From: a virus | IMG/VR virus record: IMGVR_UViG_3300027668_002455 | Coordinates: 1 to 64,000 of that record | Reading direction: 5' to 3' (one strand) | DNA length: 64,000 nt | Shown here: piece after piece, positions 39,757-49,664 of the stretch | Layout: each line of letters starts with the position of its first letter | How positions within the stretch are numbered: the stretch's first letter is position 1 | Program-made: the position numbers and the translations under genes | The notes under the pieces: generated by a model | Seen by the model: only the letters and a program-made list of their open reading frames with translations | Database searches by the model: none | Told to the model about the DNA's origin: nothing

Positions 39757-40279
39757 AACAGGATTTTAAGATGTCTTCTTCTATGCCTAATTTAATTCTT
39801 ATATAATAGGGGGTGGAAGTGAGATGATGTCTGAAATCAACCTTAGATAGATCACTTGGGCATTTAGAGCCAGCCATAACAGCATTATAAAAAACGAGTC
39901 TTTCGTCTTCACCAAACTTGTAGCCTTCTGGGTAAAGATACTTGGCGCAAAACATAAATAAGTTTCGCCTCCACCGAGCCATCCTCTTAGTGCTTCCCAT
40001 GGTGTAGCCAATTACAAATGCCTCATCTTTTACGCCCAAGCCTCGACCCAGTGTCGCGTGAATACAGTCGTGAGTAAATAAATCAACCGCGCCCCCAAAA
40101 AGTGTCGCCGTTTTGTAACTTGGGTTTTCAACCAACTTTATGATAAGTGGAACATCGCTTTGATTGAGCGAGAAGGGGGACATTTCCTCAAGGATAGAAT
40201 CTAGAGTATAATTTGACCCTTCACGCACAGAGGGGGCTTCCCAAAGCTCTGCTGGTTCTATTTCTTTATAGGCCTTCAA
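39704..40279 (-). CDS. Coq4-like HDxxH metal-binding protein
   Basis: HDCIH..LG......E motif. Confidence 0.5.
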   Translation of the reverse strand: MKAYKEIEPAELWEAPSVREGSNYTLDSILEEMSPFSLNQSDVPLIIKLVENPSYKTATLFGGAVDLFTHDCIHATLGRGLGVKDEAFVIGYTMGSTKRMARWRRNLFMFCAKYLYPEGYKFGEDERLVFYNAVMAGSKCPSDLSKVDFRHHLTSTPYYIRIKLGIEEDILKSCYELEKNLFRESYESQRL

Positions 40280-40604
40280 TTATACATTTAATGGTTTTTA
40301 AGTGGAGCATCTTTTCATACTCCTCCTCTGATTCATATCTCTGTGCATTGAAACAGGACTCTCTGATTGATTTCTCGACAACCTCTAGCAGTTTGTCTTT
40401 GTGCTCTCGTAGTACCTGTAGCTTTTCAAGATCAGTCATAAGTGTCGCTGTACTCGTTAAGGTGTCGGTAGATTTTTACCACCTTCTCTCGGTAGGAGTC
40501 CACTTTAAGAATCTTATAATGTTTATTTTTAACACCACGATTCCACGCCTCCTCGTTTTTAAGGATACGGTCTACAGTCTTATCGAATTTGCTTTGTTGC
40601 TTCA

Positions 40605-41168
40605 TTATCTCAGTTCCTTTTTAATAAGTCTCCACCTATCACTGTCTATTTCTTTTTCTCCAGAGTCAATCATCTTCAACATATCCACGACTTCTTCTAT
40701 CGTGTCGTAAATATAGTGGTGTGGTAGCATCCCCATCATCCATAGTGGTGTTTTGCTTTTCCCTCCCTCCATACTTATGAAGATAGGTTTTTTCATTCTC
40801 ACCGCTGTAACAATTTCTTCTGCGCTTCCCCAACTTGCCACCTCTGGTACTAAGTGGGCTACGATAAAGTCGCTTCTGTCAACAAGGTTTAAATCGTAAC
40901 TACGTATTCTTTTCATCCTCTCTGCAACGTCACTGTAAAACCCAAGCTCCATGTCTCGCTGTACTTTTTCGCGAGTCTCTTCGCCCTCATCTACATCTTT
41001 TACGAAGGGTTTTTTATATGGGTTGAAGATAGTTGTGCCAAGAGGTAGTAGTTCTTCTTCGACATAATCACGCCAGTCTCTCCCCTCGGCATACTGCATA
41101 TGCCCTACGAGATAGGTACGCGTTTTCCATAGTAGATTATCTTTGTTGTTTTGATTTTGCACGGGCAA
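40605..41168 (-). CDS. Nucleoside 2-deoxyribosyltransferase-like protein
   Basis: YLVG.M, WR, FNP, DL..VDRSD.IV and S.G...E...A....KP motifs. Confidence 0.8.
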   Translation of the reverse strand: MPVQNQNNKDNLLWKTRTYLVGHMQYAEGRDWRDYVEEELLPLGTTIFNPYKKPFVKDVDEGEETREKVQRDMELGFYSDVAERMKRIRSYDLNLVDRSDFIVAHLVPEVASWGSAEEIVTAVRMKKPIFISMEGGKSKTPLWMMGMLPHHYIYDTIEEVVDMLKMIDSGEKEIDSDRWRLIKKELR

Positions 41169-41339
41169 TGACTCTTTTTTTTACTTTATTTAAAACGATC
41201 CTAGACCAGATGGTATACCTTTTAGAGCCTTGAACTGAGTCGCCTGTCGTAGACACCTCTTTTTCAATTTCACCAAGGATATTAAGTACCTCATCTAACC
41301 CAAAGTAAATCATTTTATTATATTAGTCAAGTAAAATCG

Positions 41340-42461
41340 TCATACAGAAATTTCTAGTTTTTCTAGATTCTTACTGAAATCTTCATATGGGATGTCGCTG
41401 TAGGATAGGTTCTTCGGGTATTGCGTATAGTGATCTCGATCCTGATCTTTATCACCATCAAAAATACCTTCAGCCATGAGGGAGGCTACTGAAGAAATTG
41501 GAAAAGCCGTGGCTCTTTGCATAGCTGTAAACCCTGTGGTGTTACCGTGCGGAATCAAGATTTCTTTATCATATTTAATATCCCCTCCTTTAACAGTGAT
41601 CTTCATAAAGACCACATCTCCGAAGGGTTGAGGGGGACATCCCTTTTCAAAAATAGCGCCAAGGGTTTTATCATCTACCTTGGCGTGTCTAATTAAGAAT
41701 CTAACTGCCTCACAGTGGCCTTTGTATCTTAATGTCTTGTAGGAGCAGTCCTTGACTCCTCGTCTCTTCATGGTTTCAATCGTGTGGGACGCTCCCCCAC
41801 TCGTAAAAAAGGCTTCCATGTCTTCGTTTATAAGATCAAAGTGGACTTCCTCTAACCCCTCCATGCCTCGCTCCTCATGGATTTCACCGTTCAGAAGTAC
41901 CTTACAGTCATCCTTGTACTCATTTACAAGGCCATCGGTAGACCATGAGCAAATATAATTGAAGGGCGGGTTTGCATCGAAGCAAGCTGGGAGTCCTCCT
42001 ACCATCATTTTAACTGAATCCACCTCACAATGGAGTTGAGAGTACCCATGCTCTGCCATAATGTTAACCCAGCCGGGTGCAAGCCCCAAGTCTGTCATAA
42101 TGGGTTTGGTTGCTCGCTCTTGGGCATAATCATTTATAGATTGGGACACGTCTACGCGACCACCAAGATCGCAGTAGCGAATATGGTTATCAATGCAAAA
42201 TTCAGCCAAGGTTTGGTTTTGGTGATACGGGAGGCTGCTGATTACAACATCAACGGCTTCAAACTGGGTGAGTAACTCTTTGTAGTCGCGCTCATCGCAA
42301 TTATAGAAGGTTCCCTCCTCTTCTTGCTTAATGTGGTGTCTAAAATTATTGGCCGCATCACTGCTAGAGTCAATGCCAACAACATAATACCCAAGTTTAG
42401 ACATGGCGTACGATATGGCTGTACCCATCCTACCGATTCCAAAAACAGCTACCTTTTTCAT
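41340..42461 (-). CDS. Saccharopine dehydrogenase / lysine 6-dehydrogenase family oxidoreductase
   Basis: G.GRMG Rossmann motif, LPY, YCDLGG, GLAPG, VGGLP, WS.DGL.NEY, KTLRY.GH and AMQRAT. Confidence 0.88.
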   Translation of the reverse strand: MKKVAVFGIGRMGTAISYAMSKLGYYVVGIDSSSDAANNFRHHIKQEEEGTFYNCDERDYKELLTQFEAVDVVISSLPYHQNQTLAEFCIDNHIRYCDLGGRVDVSQSINDYAQERATKPIMTDLGLAPGWVNIMAEHGYSQLHCEVDSVKMMVGGLPACFDANPPFNYICSWSTDGLVNEYKDDCKVLLNGEIHEERGMEGLEEVHFDLINEDMEAFFTSGGASHTIETMKRRGVKDCSYKTLRYKGHCEAVRFLIRHAKVDDKTLGAIFEKGCPPQPFGDVVFMKITVKGGDIKYDKEILIPHGNTTGFTAMQRATAFPISSVASLMAEGIFDGDKDQDRDHYTQYPKNLSYSDIPYEDFSKNLEKLEISV

Positions 42462-42466
42462 ATTTT

Positions 42467-43303
42467 TTATTGCTCCCTTTCTCTTTCTCTTTCTCTTTCT
42501 TTTCTCTCCGCTGCACCACACGCAGCCATGAAGTTAAAAGTTTTACCCATAGAGTCTAGCAACCACGTTTGCTCCTCTGGATTATTTTCATAATAATTAC
42601 TCCTGATAATCTCTTGTCCAACTTTTTCTTTAAAGAAGATTAGGTCTTCTTTTTCTTTCATAAAGGACTCTAAAGTGAGCCGTGTTTGTGTCTGTGGGGT
42701 AAAGTAAAATTCCTTTTCAGAAACATTGGTATAATGAGCAATCATGAGGAGGCACTTTTTGCCCTCTACTGTTGTGATCTTTGTTTTTCCCCGCTCAAGG
42801 AAAAAGGATTCCTCGCATACGTGATCTTCGTTTCTGAATTTGTGTCGATTTAGGTAAGATTTTTTAAACCCAAGGATATGAGTTGGGTTTCTTAACTTCA
42901 CGTGGGCAATTGTTTTGTCGTGCTTTAAGTCATATACATACAGGTCATCCAAACATGCTACTTCATATTTTTTAGGTGTTAAGCTTTTTACTATGTGACT
43001 TACACATGTCGCTGGATAAAAATCATCATCATCCATTTGGACAATTATTTCCCCTTTCGCAAGGGAGCAGAGCTTGTTTCTTTTTTTTCCAATAGACAAT
43101 GGGGTTTTGCTTTTTGAATGATGGTATTTAATTCGCTTGTCTGTAGGTAAATGTCCCTTCATGGAGGGTCCTCCGTCCTCGTAGACCAGAAGCTCCATTC
43201 TATTTTGTGGATAAGTTTGTCTATAGAAATTTCTAAGAACATTTTCTGTAAAAAATGCCCTGTCTCGAGTCGGAACAATTATAGATACAAGTGGTTTTTT
43301 CAT
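42467..43303 (-). CDS. Glycosyltransferase family 2
   Basis: VSIIVPT.DR, IG.KRN and MDDDDFY motifs. Confidence 0.85.
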   Translation of the reverse strand: MKKPLVSIIVPTRDRAFFTENVLRNFYRQTYPQNRMELLVYEDGGPSMKGHLPTDKRIKYHHSKSKTPLSIGKKRNKLCSLAKGEIIVQMDDDDFYPATCVSHIVKSLTPKKYEVACLDDLYVYDLKHDKTIAHVKLRNPTHILGFKKSYLNRHKFRNEDHVCEESFFLERGKTKITTVEGKKCLLMIAHYTNVSEKEFYFTPQTQTRLTLESFMKEKEDLIFFKEKVGQEIIRSNYYENNPEEQTWLLDSMGKTFNFMAACGAAERKEREREREREQ

Positions 43304-43656
43304 TACTCCTTCCATTCTACCTGAATTAGGTTCTCTCCAAAGAACTCTCCCGTATACCTCACCGCATCCATTGGATCAAACTTTTTGCAAGTGTAAATAT
43401 CAATGGAAAAGAAGGGCGGTTTTCTGTCGTCCCATCCATAAATGTGCATTCCGCTTTCTTTCCAGTGCATATACGCGCACCACCCGTAGTGGGAATCATA
43501 GTTGCAGACGGGGGATGTCACCGCTGTCATGTTTAAGACCTTGGTTACCTCCTCACAGTAGCGAGTCATGTCTTCGGGTTTGAAGGCATTGTGAAGCGTC
43601 CCTTCGATTATAATTCGCTGTCGGCAAATGTCTGGTGCTAAATCTTTCCAACTCAT
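43303..43656 (-). CDS. S-adenosylmethionine decarboxylase-like (pyruvoyl) protein
   Basis: ES cleavage site, HIY.W and SIDIYTCK.FD; ESG in place of the canonical ESH. Confidence 0.65.
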   Translation of the reverse strand: MSWKDLAPDICRQRIIIEGTLHNAFKPEDMTRYCEEVTKVLNMTAVTSPVCNYDSHYGWCAYMHWKESGMHIYGWDDRKPPFFSIDIYTCKKFDPMDAVRYTGEFFGENLIQVEWKE

Positions 43657-44066
43657 AACTCTTCTATCCTTTTTGATTTGTCATCTATCACTAAATCACA
43701 AGCTGGCTTAATATATTTTCCTTTAGAGCCGGTAGATAGGTCATGAAATTTACAACCCCACGATTCCAGCTGTCTCCAAGTGAATTCATAATAACATTTA
43801 CCAAGTGATATAGATTTCTGAGAGCCGCCTCGGGCGGTCCAATAAATAACGTACCATCCTTCATCATATAATTTATTTATTTTATTTATATTTTCCTGAC
43901 TAGGCTCAGCAAGGTCGTACCGTCTTTTGTCAGGGTAAAAGCAAATGGTTTCATCAACATCCACTAACACAACCTTTCTGTCGTCAGAGGAAAACTTTTT
44001 GGATTCATGAAAGTTCATGTCTTCTGCAAGTTGATTGTACATCTGCGCTTCTGGGTGCTCGCTCAT
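43653..44066 (-). CDS. Capless HAD phosphatase
   Basis: DVDETI, WTARG and KP..D.VIDDK motifs. Confidence 0.8.
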   Translation of the reverse strand: MSEHPEAQMYNQLAEDMNFHESKKFSSDDRKVVLVDVDETICFYPDKRRYDLAEPSQENINKINKLYDEGWYVIYWTARGGSQKSISLGKCYYEFTWRQLESWGCKFHDLSTGSKGKYIKPACDLVIDDKSKRIEEL

Positions 44067-44830
44067 TTTCCCCTTGCCTTCTTAGGGGTCTTTCTTTTAG
44101 GCTCTGTCCTTTTGGGTGCTTTTGACCTTTTCTCGGGTAATATTGCACGAATTTCGTCTACGAGTTGCATTTCTAGCCCCTCATCCGCACTGATCCACCA
44201 GTCTTTTCTGTCCCAGTTTCTTTTTATCTTTTGTTTAGTTAATCTAGATCGAGCCGTGAAGATATCAAGGATCCGGCCCTCAATGCGCTTAACAAACTCA
44301 ACTTCGTCTTCCACTTCATAAGTTTTACCGAAGGCCCCAAAAGCTGCTCGGTGGATCATGATCCATGCTTGTCCTCCAACCCATCGGGTGTCGCCGGCTT
44401 GGAGCAAGATTCCTGCCATAGAGGCAGCCATGCCAAGTGTTCCGGTGGTTATGTGGTGGCCTTTATTTCTTAGGTCTTGAAGGAAATCAAATAATTCAAA
44501 TCCATCAATGATGCTTCCTCCGGGGCTTGAAAAAATAATTTCAATATTACACTCAGGAGTAATCCTAGACCACTCTGTTAACCTCCTTATACACCCGCTA
44601 ACTGTAGACTTGTTTACCTCGCCACCAAATCGATAAAGATGATTGCGCTCATCGGATGCCGCTGCTCGCCTGTGTTTCCTCTCTTCGTCGCCGGCTTCAA
44701 GCATCGCTAGCGTCGCTTCTGATTCAGCCTTAGCGGCTTCAGCTAGTGTCTTGCGAGTTTCTGCTTCCGTCTTTGCGATTTCTGCGGCAACTTCCTTTGA
44801 GCTTCTGAGGTCTGAATTTTCTTTTTTCAT
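44063..44830 (-). CDS. ClpP-like protease
   Basis: SPGGS, AASMA, MIH and D.W.SA.E....LVD catalytic motifs; N-terminal coiled coil. Confidence 0.85.
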   Translation of the reverse strand: MKKENSDLRSSKEVAAEIAKTEAETRKTLAEAAKAESEATLAMLEAGDEERKHRRAAASDERNHLYRFGGEVNKSTVSGCIRRLTEWSRITPECNIEIIFSSPGGSIIDGFELFDFLQDLRNKGHHITTGTLGMAASMAGILLQAGDTRWVGGQAWIMIHRAAFGAFGKTYEVEDEVEFVKRIEGRILDIFTARSRLTKQKIKRNWDRKDWWISADEGLEMQLVDEIRAILPEKRSKAPKRTEPKRKTPKKARGK

Positions 44831-44843
44831 AATTAGTTTTTAT

Positions 44844-46379
44844 TTATTTCATTCCCTGTGGAAAGGTTAATGTGTCTGCATGGTTTACTGTCCAGCTTAT
44901 TTCGTGAGTAACTGCTCGGACGGTTCTTGCTGCGCTTGGAAAACCGTTGCCAGATTTTTTAACACCCCCAAAAGCCATGTGTGACTCAGCGGCTATTGAC
45001 CCCCCGTTCCAGTAAATCATTCCAGCATCACACTCATCTCGGAGGACCCTCGCCTTCCTGAAGTCATTGGTAAGGACACCAACGGCGAGGCCATACTCGG
45101 TATCGTTGTATATCCTGATCGCATCTTCTAGCGTGTCGAACGGGATGATTCCAACGTGTGGACCAAACACCTCGTTACGTAGATAGGAAGCTTCGGGCCC
45201 TCGCCATTCACTCTGATAAATCATGGGAGTACTGAAGTAGGTCCCATTCTCGCCAGTATAAACAGGGGGGAGTAGAACTGTTGCCTCGGGGTCATTAAAT
45301 ACCATCGAGTTGTAAAGTCGAACCTTGCTGAACCCCTGCTGGTTGATTAGTGGCCCATAATAAACCTCCTCGTTTGGGGTAACTTCCTCCCAACATATAG
45401 CGGCTGGGGTGCCACATGTGCCGATGTTCTTTTTAAAGGGATTACCTGTTTTTAGTTCTGAAGCCTTCTCTGTAAATTTTTTACAAAATTCATCGTAGAC
45501 TGTCCTTTGTACAATCATGCGACCAGAGGAAACACATCTTTGTCCAGATAGTTTAAAAGCACTGGCAACTGCGGCCTCAACAGCTAAATCCATCTCTACG
45601 TCATCAAATATAATACAGGCAGATTTACTACCTAATTCACAAGAGGTAGTCTTGTTCCAAGATTTAGCAGCCACTGTACGAATGTGTTGTCCGACATCGG
45701 CAGAACCAGTAAAGCAAATATGGTCGATATCAGCATGAACCAACCCGTCACCAGTATCGCCACCACCGTGCACCAAATTAACGACTCCATGTGGAAGGCC
45801 AGCTTCCTCATAGATTTCCACAGCCATTTGAGTTGACATCGGAGCGTCTTCACTTGGTTTTATTACAATCGTGTTTCCTTCTACTATGGCTGGTGCGGCG
45901 TTCCAGAACATTCCAATCGCTAAAGGAAAATTAAAAGGCGTTACAATAGCTATTACACCCTTTGGCTTCCTAAGCATGTAACAATCTTTATCTTCAATTT
46001 CGGAAGCAATAGCTTCGCCATGAGAGTAACGCCCAGAACCAAAAGCAAATTGAGCCATGTGTAGAGCTTCATTTACTTCCGCTATTGATTCGTTATAATT
46101 CTTTCCTGTTTCAAGAGATATAGTTTTTGCTAACTCTTCTTTTCTTCGCTCAATTATTTGAGCAACCTTATTCATGTAATCAGATCGTACAAATCTGCTT
46201 ACCTTTCTCCATTTTAAAAATGTCTCCCGCGCGACATCCACGGCCCTGTTGACATCGACATCTTCGGTTTGGGGAAACAGACCCAGAATTTCACCTGTGG
46301 CGGGGTTGATGTTGGTATAGGTTTCCCTTGTGGTTTCCCATTCTCCGTTAATATAGTTTTTACCTTTAAACATTGTCAT
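44844..46379 (-). CDS. NAD-dependent aldehyde dehydrogenase
   Basis: PFNFP, KPSE, FTGS, ELG.K, GQRC, EVFGP and FGG.K.SG motifs. Confidence 0.95.
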   Translation of the reverse strand: MTMFKGKNYINGEWETTRETYTNINPATGEILGLFPQTEDVDVNRAVDVARETFLKWRKVSRFVRSDYMNKVAQIIERRKEELAKTISLETGKNYNESIAEVNEALHMAQFAFGSGRYSHGEAIASEIEDKDCYMLRKPKGVIAIVTPFNFPLAIGMFWNAAPAIVEGNTIVIKPSEDAPMSTQMAVEIYEEAGLPHGVVNLVHGGGDTGDGLVHADIDHICFTGSADVGQHIRTVAAKSWNKTTSCELGSKSACIIFDDVEMDLAVEAAVASAFKLSGQRCVSSGRMIVQRTVYDEFCKKFTEKASELKTGNPFKKNIGTCGTPAAICWEEVTPNEEVYYGPLINQQGFSKVRLYNSMVFNDPEATVLLPPVYTGENGTYFSTPMIYQSEWRGPEASYLRNEVFGPHVGIIPFDTLEDAIRIYNDTEYGLAVGVLTNDFRKARVLRDECDAGMIYWNGGSIAAESHMAFGGVKKSGNGFPSAARTVRAVTHEISWTVNHADTLTFPQGMK

Positions 46380-46382
46380 CCC

Positions 46383-46925
46383 TTACTCTTTTGTGCTTTC
46401 CATTAAGGCTTTTACGTTCTCCTTGCAAAATCCGTCTCCTTCTCTATCGATTAGCTCATAAATCACCCCTGTCAATTCGGATGGCTTCGTGAAAACCTGA
46501 ACAAGTCCGGGGCAACTCATGGGTTTCTCTGAGTAGAACTCAGCATACCCTTCTTGCTTCCATTTTTCCATAGTTTCTTCAACATCTTCTACTTCGTAAG
46601 CCATGTGATGTATGCCGCCAACACCACCTCTTTCGTCCACCCAGTCTCCAACTATGGAGCCTTCAGGCCCGTCGCTGATAAAGATTTCGGGGGGAGCATG
46701 GTATTCTAATTGATTTTCTCTCTCCGTGAGGTGATAGGGCAGTGTCCAAAGCTTGGGACTTTCTGCGCGATTTTCAGGAGGAGTAAGAGCTATGCAATCT
46801 GCCTTACTGCCGTCCTCAAATTCAATCTGGAACTCTGTGCCCACGTCATACCCAAGGGTATCGTGAAGAAAATCAACCGTTTTAAGACGATCTTTTACCC
46901 TGTAAGCTATGTGGTCGAGTCTCAT
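46383..46925 (-). CDS. VOC-fold protein resembling the HPPD catalytic domain
   Basis: DH, GIHH.A, L.QVFT, YELI.R...GF...N..AL..S (His-His-Glu triad). Confidence 0.75.
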   Translation of the reverse strand: MRLDHIAYRVKDRLKTVDFLHDTLGYDVGTEFQIEFEDGSKADCIALTPPENRAESPKLWTLPYHLTERENQLEYHAPPEIFISDGPEGSIVGDWVDERGGVGGIHHMAYEVEDVEETMEKWKQEGYAEFYSEKPMSCPGLVQVFTKPSELTGVIYELIDREGDGFCKENVKALMESTKE

Positions 46926-46939
46926 GATATATAATTGTA

Positions 46940-47662
46940 TTAATTCAAATATTTTTTTTCTAATAATTCTATAGTTTGTTCATCAGATGTGACATTATGG
47001 TATGTTCCTTGTCCTTCTATAAGAATATCATTAGCAATCGAGTAATCGTTTCCCCCCTCGTGGCATTTGTCTCCAAAAAATACCATTTTACTTTTTAAAG
47101 TCTTCCTTATCCACTTACTAGCCTGCGACTTATCTTGTCCCTTTGGGTAGATGTCAATACTTATTTGACCACCAATACATGCATCTAAATCAGGCCAATC
47201 AAGCTTTATCGTTAGGGCTAGTTGTTCTCTGTCTTTATTCTTTTTGTCCCATTCATAATAAATTTCTCTTAACTCAGGCACCGCTTCCCTGCCTATAATA
47301 GAAAAGTTAACCATCCCTGTTCTCTTTTCTCTGAAGTTTTTTCCTTTGGGGGTAAAGTGGGAGCTTTTCTGAAGCTGTGACAGGTAGCTTAAGAAGTCAG
47401 GATTCGGTGTCCAATCATTCTTGTATATCAATTCATCGTTCATCCATAGTTCGTTTCCAGAAGAACAGAAAATTCCCTCCACCTCACTGAGAATGTTGTG
47501 GGGTAGTTGTCTTTCAATTTTTTCTTTATCGCTCCCCGCTACAATGTAAACATTTTTACCTTCCATCCATCGGAGAAAGCGTCTCGTTGTCTCTGTTCTC
47601 ATGGCCTTCATTGGCGGCGTCAGGGTTCCGTCTACATCAAAAAGATAGGCTATGTTGTCCAT
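46940..47662 (-). CDS. HAD-IIB phosphomannomutase (eukaryotic PMM type)
   Basis: DVDGTLT, GSD, R.GMVN.S..GR, GGQISID..P.G.DK and FFGD....GGNDY motifs. Confidence 0.9.
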   Translation of the reverse strand: MDNIAYLFDVDGTLTPPMKAMRTETTRRFLRWMEGKNVYIVAGSDKEKIERQLPHNILSEVEGIFCSSGNELWMNDELIYKNDWTPNPDFLSYLSQLQKSSHFTPKGKNFREKRTGMVNFSIIGREAVPELREIYYEWDKKNKDREQLALTIKLDWPDLDACIGGQISIDIYPKGQDKSQASKWIRKTLKSKMVFFGDKCHEGGNDYSIANDILIEGQGTYHNVTSDEQTIELLEKKYLN

Positions 47663-48519
47663 AATTTATTTTTAAGTTCAGTTAGTTTTGTTTTATCTTT
47701 GGTTGAAAGCTCAGGGCATTTAGAATTTAATATACATTTAATCTCTGCTGGGCTGGCTAGGTTGGTGGATATATTTCCAAAGTGATGTATGTAAGAGTTC
47801 ATGTAAATACCCCATTTAGGGCGCGAGATCAAATCTCTAATTTGATTTATCCACATACCATCTTCGGCACCAGCTAGTGATACGTTTGGGTCCCACTTGG
47901 GTAAACGGTGTGCTATTTTTTTATTAATTAAAAAGGCATTTATATTTACTCTCCCGCGAGTGAGTTCGTTTTCTTCCTCTCCGAGCTCCCCGTGATCATC
48001 CCTCTCTCCGTAAAAAACGGAGGAACCGTAGTGACTGACGTGGTTTTTTATGAAGGCTTCCTTGTCGGTGCCGTAAGCTGTGTCCATGTATGCGTCGAGC
48101 GTTTCTGCGGTGGAGTCTCTCTTGCATTGCTCTTGTGAAACATCAGTGTTCCGCTTTATGTAATCAAGGAGAATCGGGTTCGCAGAGGGACAAAGGGTTG
48201 AGGCAATATGGTAGCCCTCTTTATTTTTAATAAGGGGGTCTATCCAGTGGGGGAAAACGTAGTGGTCATTAGCCATGACGAAAACGTCTTGATTGCATTC
48301 CCGTGCAATCTCAATAGCAAAGTTTTCGGCCCTTGCCACTCCGTAGTTATGCTCTAGGTTGAGGAGATGGATGTCTTCGTCGGTGTGTTTAAAGGGACTA
48401 TCTGAGGAGTTTTCCCATACGACGACATTAAGGTCCTCGCGGGGTGTGTGTTTGAATAGTGAATCTAAAAGATACCCTGTGTATACGGGTCGGTTCCAGC
48501 TTATGATTAACTGTATCAC
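47650..48519 (-). CDS. GT2-like glycosyltransferase (probable GTG start)
   Basis: WNR, V.ENSS, NYGV.RA.N, ED and IHHFG motifs. Confidence 0.65.
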   Translation of the reverse strand: MIQLIISWNRPVYTGYLLDSLFKHTPREDLNVVVWENSSDSPFKHTDEDIHLLNLEHNYGVARAENFAIEIARECNQDVFVMANDHYVFPHWIDPLIKNKEGYHIASTLCPSANPILLDYIKRNTDVSQEQCKRDSTAETLDAYMDTAYGTDKEAFIKNHVSHYGSSVFYGERDDHGELGEEENELTRGRVNINAFLINKKIAHRLPKWDPNVSLAGAEDGMWINQIRDLISRPKWGIYMNSYIHHFGNISTNLASPAEIKCILNSKCPELSTKDKTKLTELKNKLWTT

Positions 48520-48520
48520 C

Positions 48521-48874
48521 TTAGTCTCTCCAAACTCTATAACTATCCGCATCCCGATGAAATGTGCTGCTTTCGATAATGTCACAGTCAGTAGTAGCTT
48601 CAACTTGGTGTGGGACAAGCCTATCTATTACATAACAATCTCCCTCGTGTAAATCTAAAGAGACTTCCGCTGTTGTTTCTGTATCTATAATTTTAAGTCT
48701 ACAGCTTCCTTTTAAGATATAAAAGGTTTCGTGTTTATCAGAATGAAAATGCATACTAAACCTATGGCCGCCTTTAACGTGAAGAATCTTTCCACAATAA
48801 TTGTTTTCCTCCTCGTTGGCTAACCAGAGCTCGTACCCCCACTGTTTTATTACTTTTTTTGGTTTAGATTTCAT
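48521..48874 (-). CDS. Cupin (sugar isomerase-like)
   Basis: K.WG.E, YCGKIL, SMHFH..K.ETFY, PH and ESST motifs. Confidence 0.8.
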   Translation of the reverse strand: MKSKPKKVIKQWGYELWLANEEENNYCGKILHVKGGHRFSMHFHSDKHETFYILKGSCRLKIIDTETTAEVSLDLHEGDCYVIDRLVPHQVEATTDCDIIESSTFHRDADSYRVWRD

Positions 48875-48875
48875 T

Positions 48876-49664
48876 TTAATTCATATAAAAGTCCCACTTC
48901 GCATCATACTCTGAGAAGTTTTCATTGTATTTAAAGTATTTTATATCAAATATATGTTTTTTTCTAAGAAGAGATTTTGCTTCCTCGTCTTTGTCTAGGT
49001 AATCTAGGTGATGTTTGCGGTTCCCAAGCTCTCTGGAGACATTAGAGAACTCTATCGGGATATTGGGTAAGAGTAGTCTACCACATAAGTAGGAGAAGTC
49101 ACTCTTTATTTTTTCGCATCGACCAATGAAATTGAAACTAGTTCTGAGGTTGGAGATTGAATCGGGCCTACCGAAGACATCAGCGGGAACAGCTTGCAGG
49201 TTTCTGCTTTCAGTAGCAAAGTCAATCAGCGTGTGCGGCCAAATCTCATCAGACTTGATGTATTCGGGGTATGACATCTGTTTTATTTTTTCTTGTCTGT
49301 GGAAAAAGTCTTTTGGTGCAGGGTCCCACGCCTTGGTGTTTTTCCACCAAAAATAATTGGAAAGATGAATCTCCCACGGGTTGCGCACAAAGGTGAACTT
49401 GAAATACTCATCCCATATTTTATCTCCCACATATCCCTTAACACAGGCAGCTGTCGAGTGTTTCCACGGAAACTCGCCCTGTTCTCTTTGATATTTTTTA
49501 ATGTTTTTTAATCTATTCTTTTCAGAAAGAGCTTCTCCGCTGCGAGTGCACCCGTATACCTCATCATCGTCCCCTAAATACGGCAGGAGGGAATGAGTTA
49601 TAGAAGTCCCCGCGCACCTGTGAGGGTGGATAAAAATAAATTTACGTGTGTGTGAGATAATCAT
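48876..49664 (-). CDS. Sulfotransferase family 2-like protein
   Basis: IISH..KFIFIH....GTS, FTFVRNPW and DI.YF.Y motifs. Confidence 0.8.
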   Translation of the reverse strand: MIISHTRKFIFIHPHRCAGTSITHSLLPYLGDDDEVYGCTRSGEALSEKNRLKNIKKYQREQGEFPWKHSTAACVKGYVGDKIWDEYFKFTFVRNPWEIHLSNYFWWKNTKAWDPAPKDFFHRQEKIKQMSYPEYIKSDEIWPHTLIDFATESRNLQAVPADVFGRPDSISNLRTSFNFIGRCEKIKSDFSYLCGRLLLPNIPIEFSNVSRELGNRKHHLDYLDKDEEAKSLLRKKHIFDIKYFKYNENFSEYDAKWDFYMN

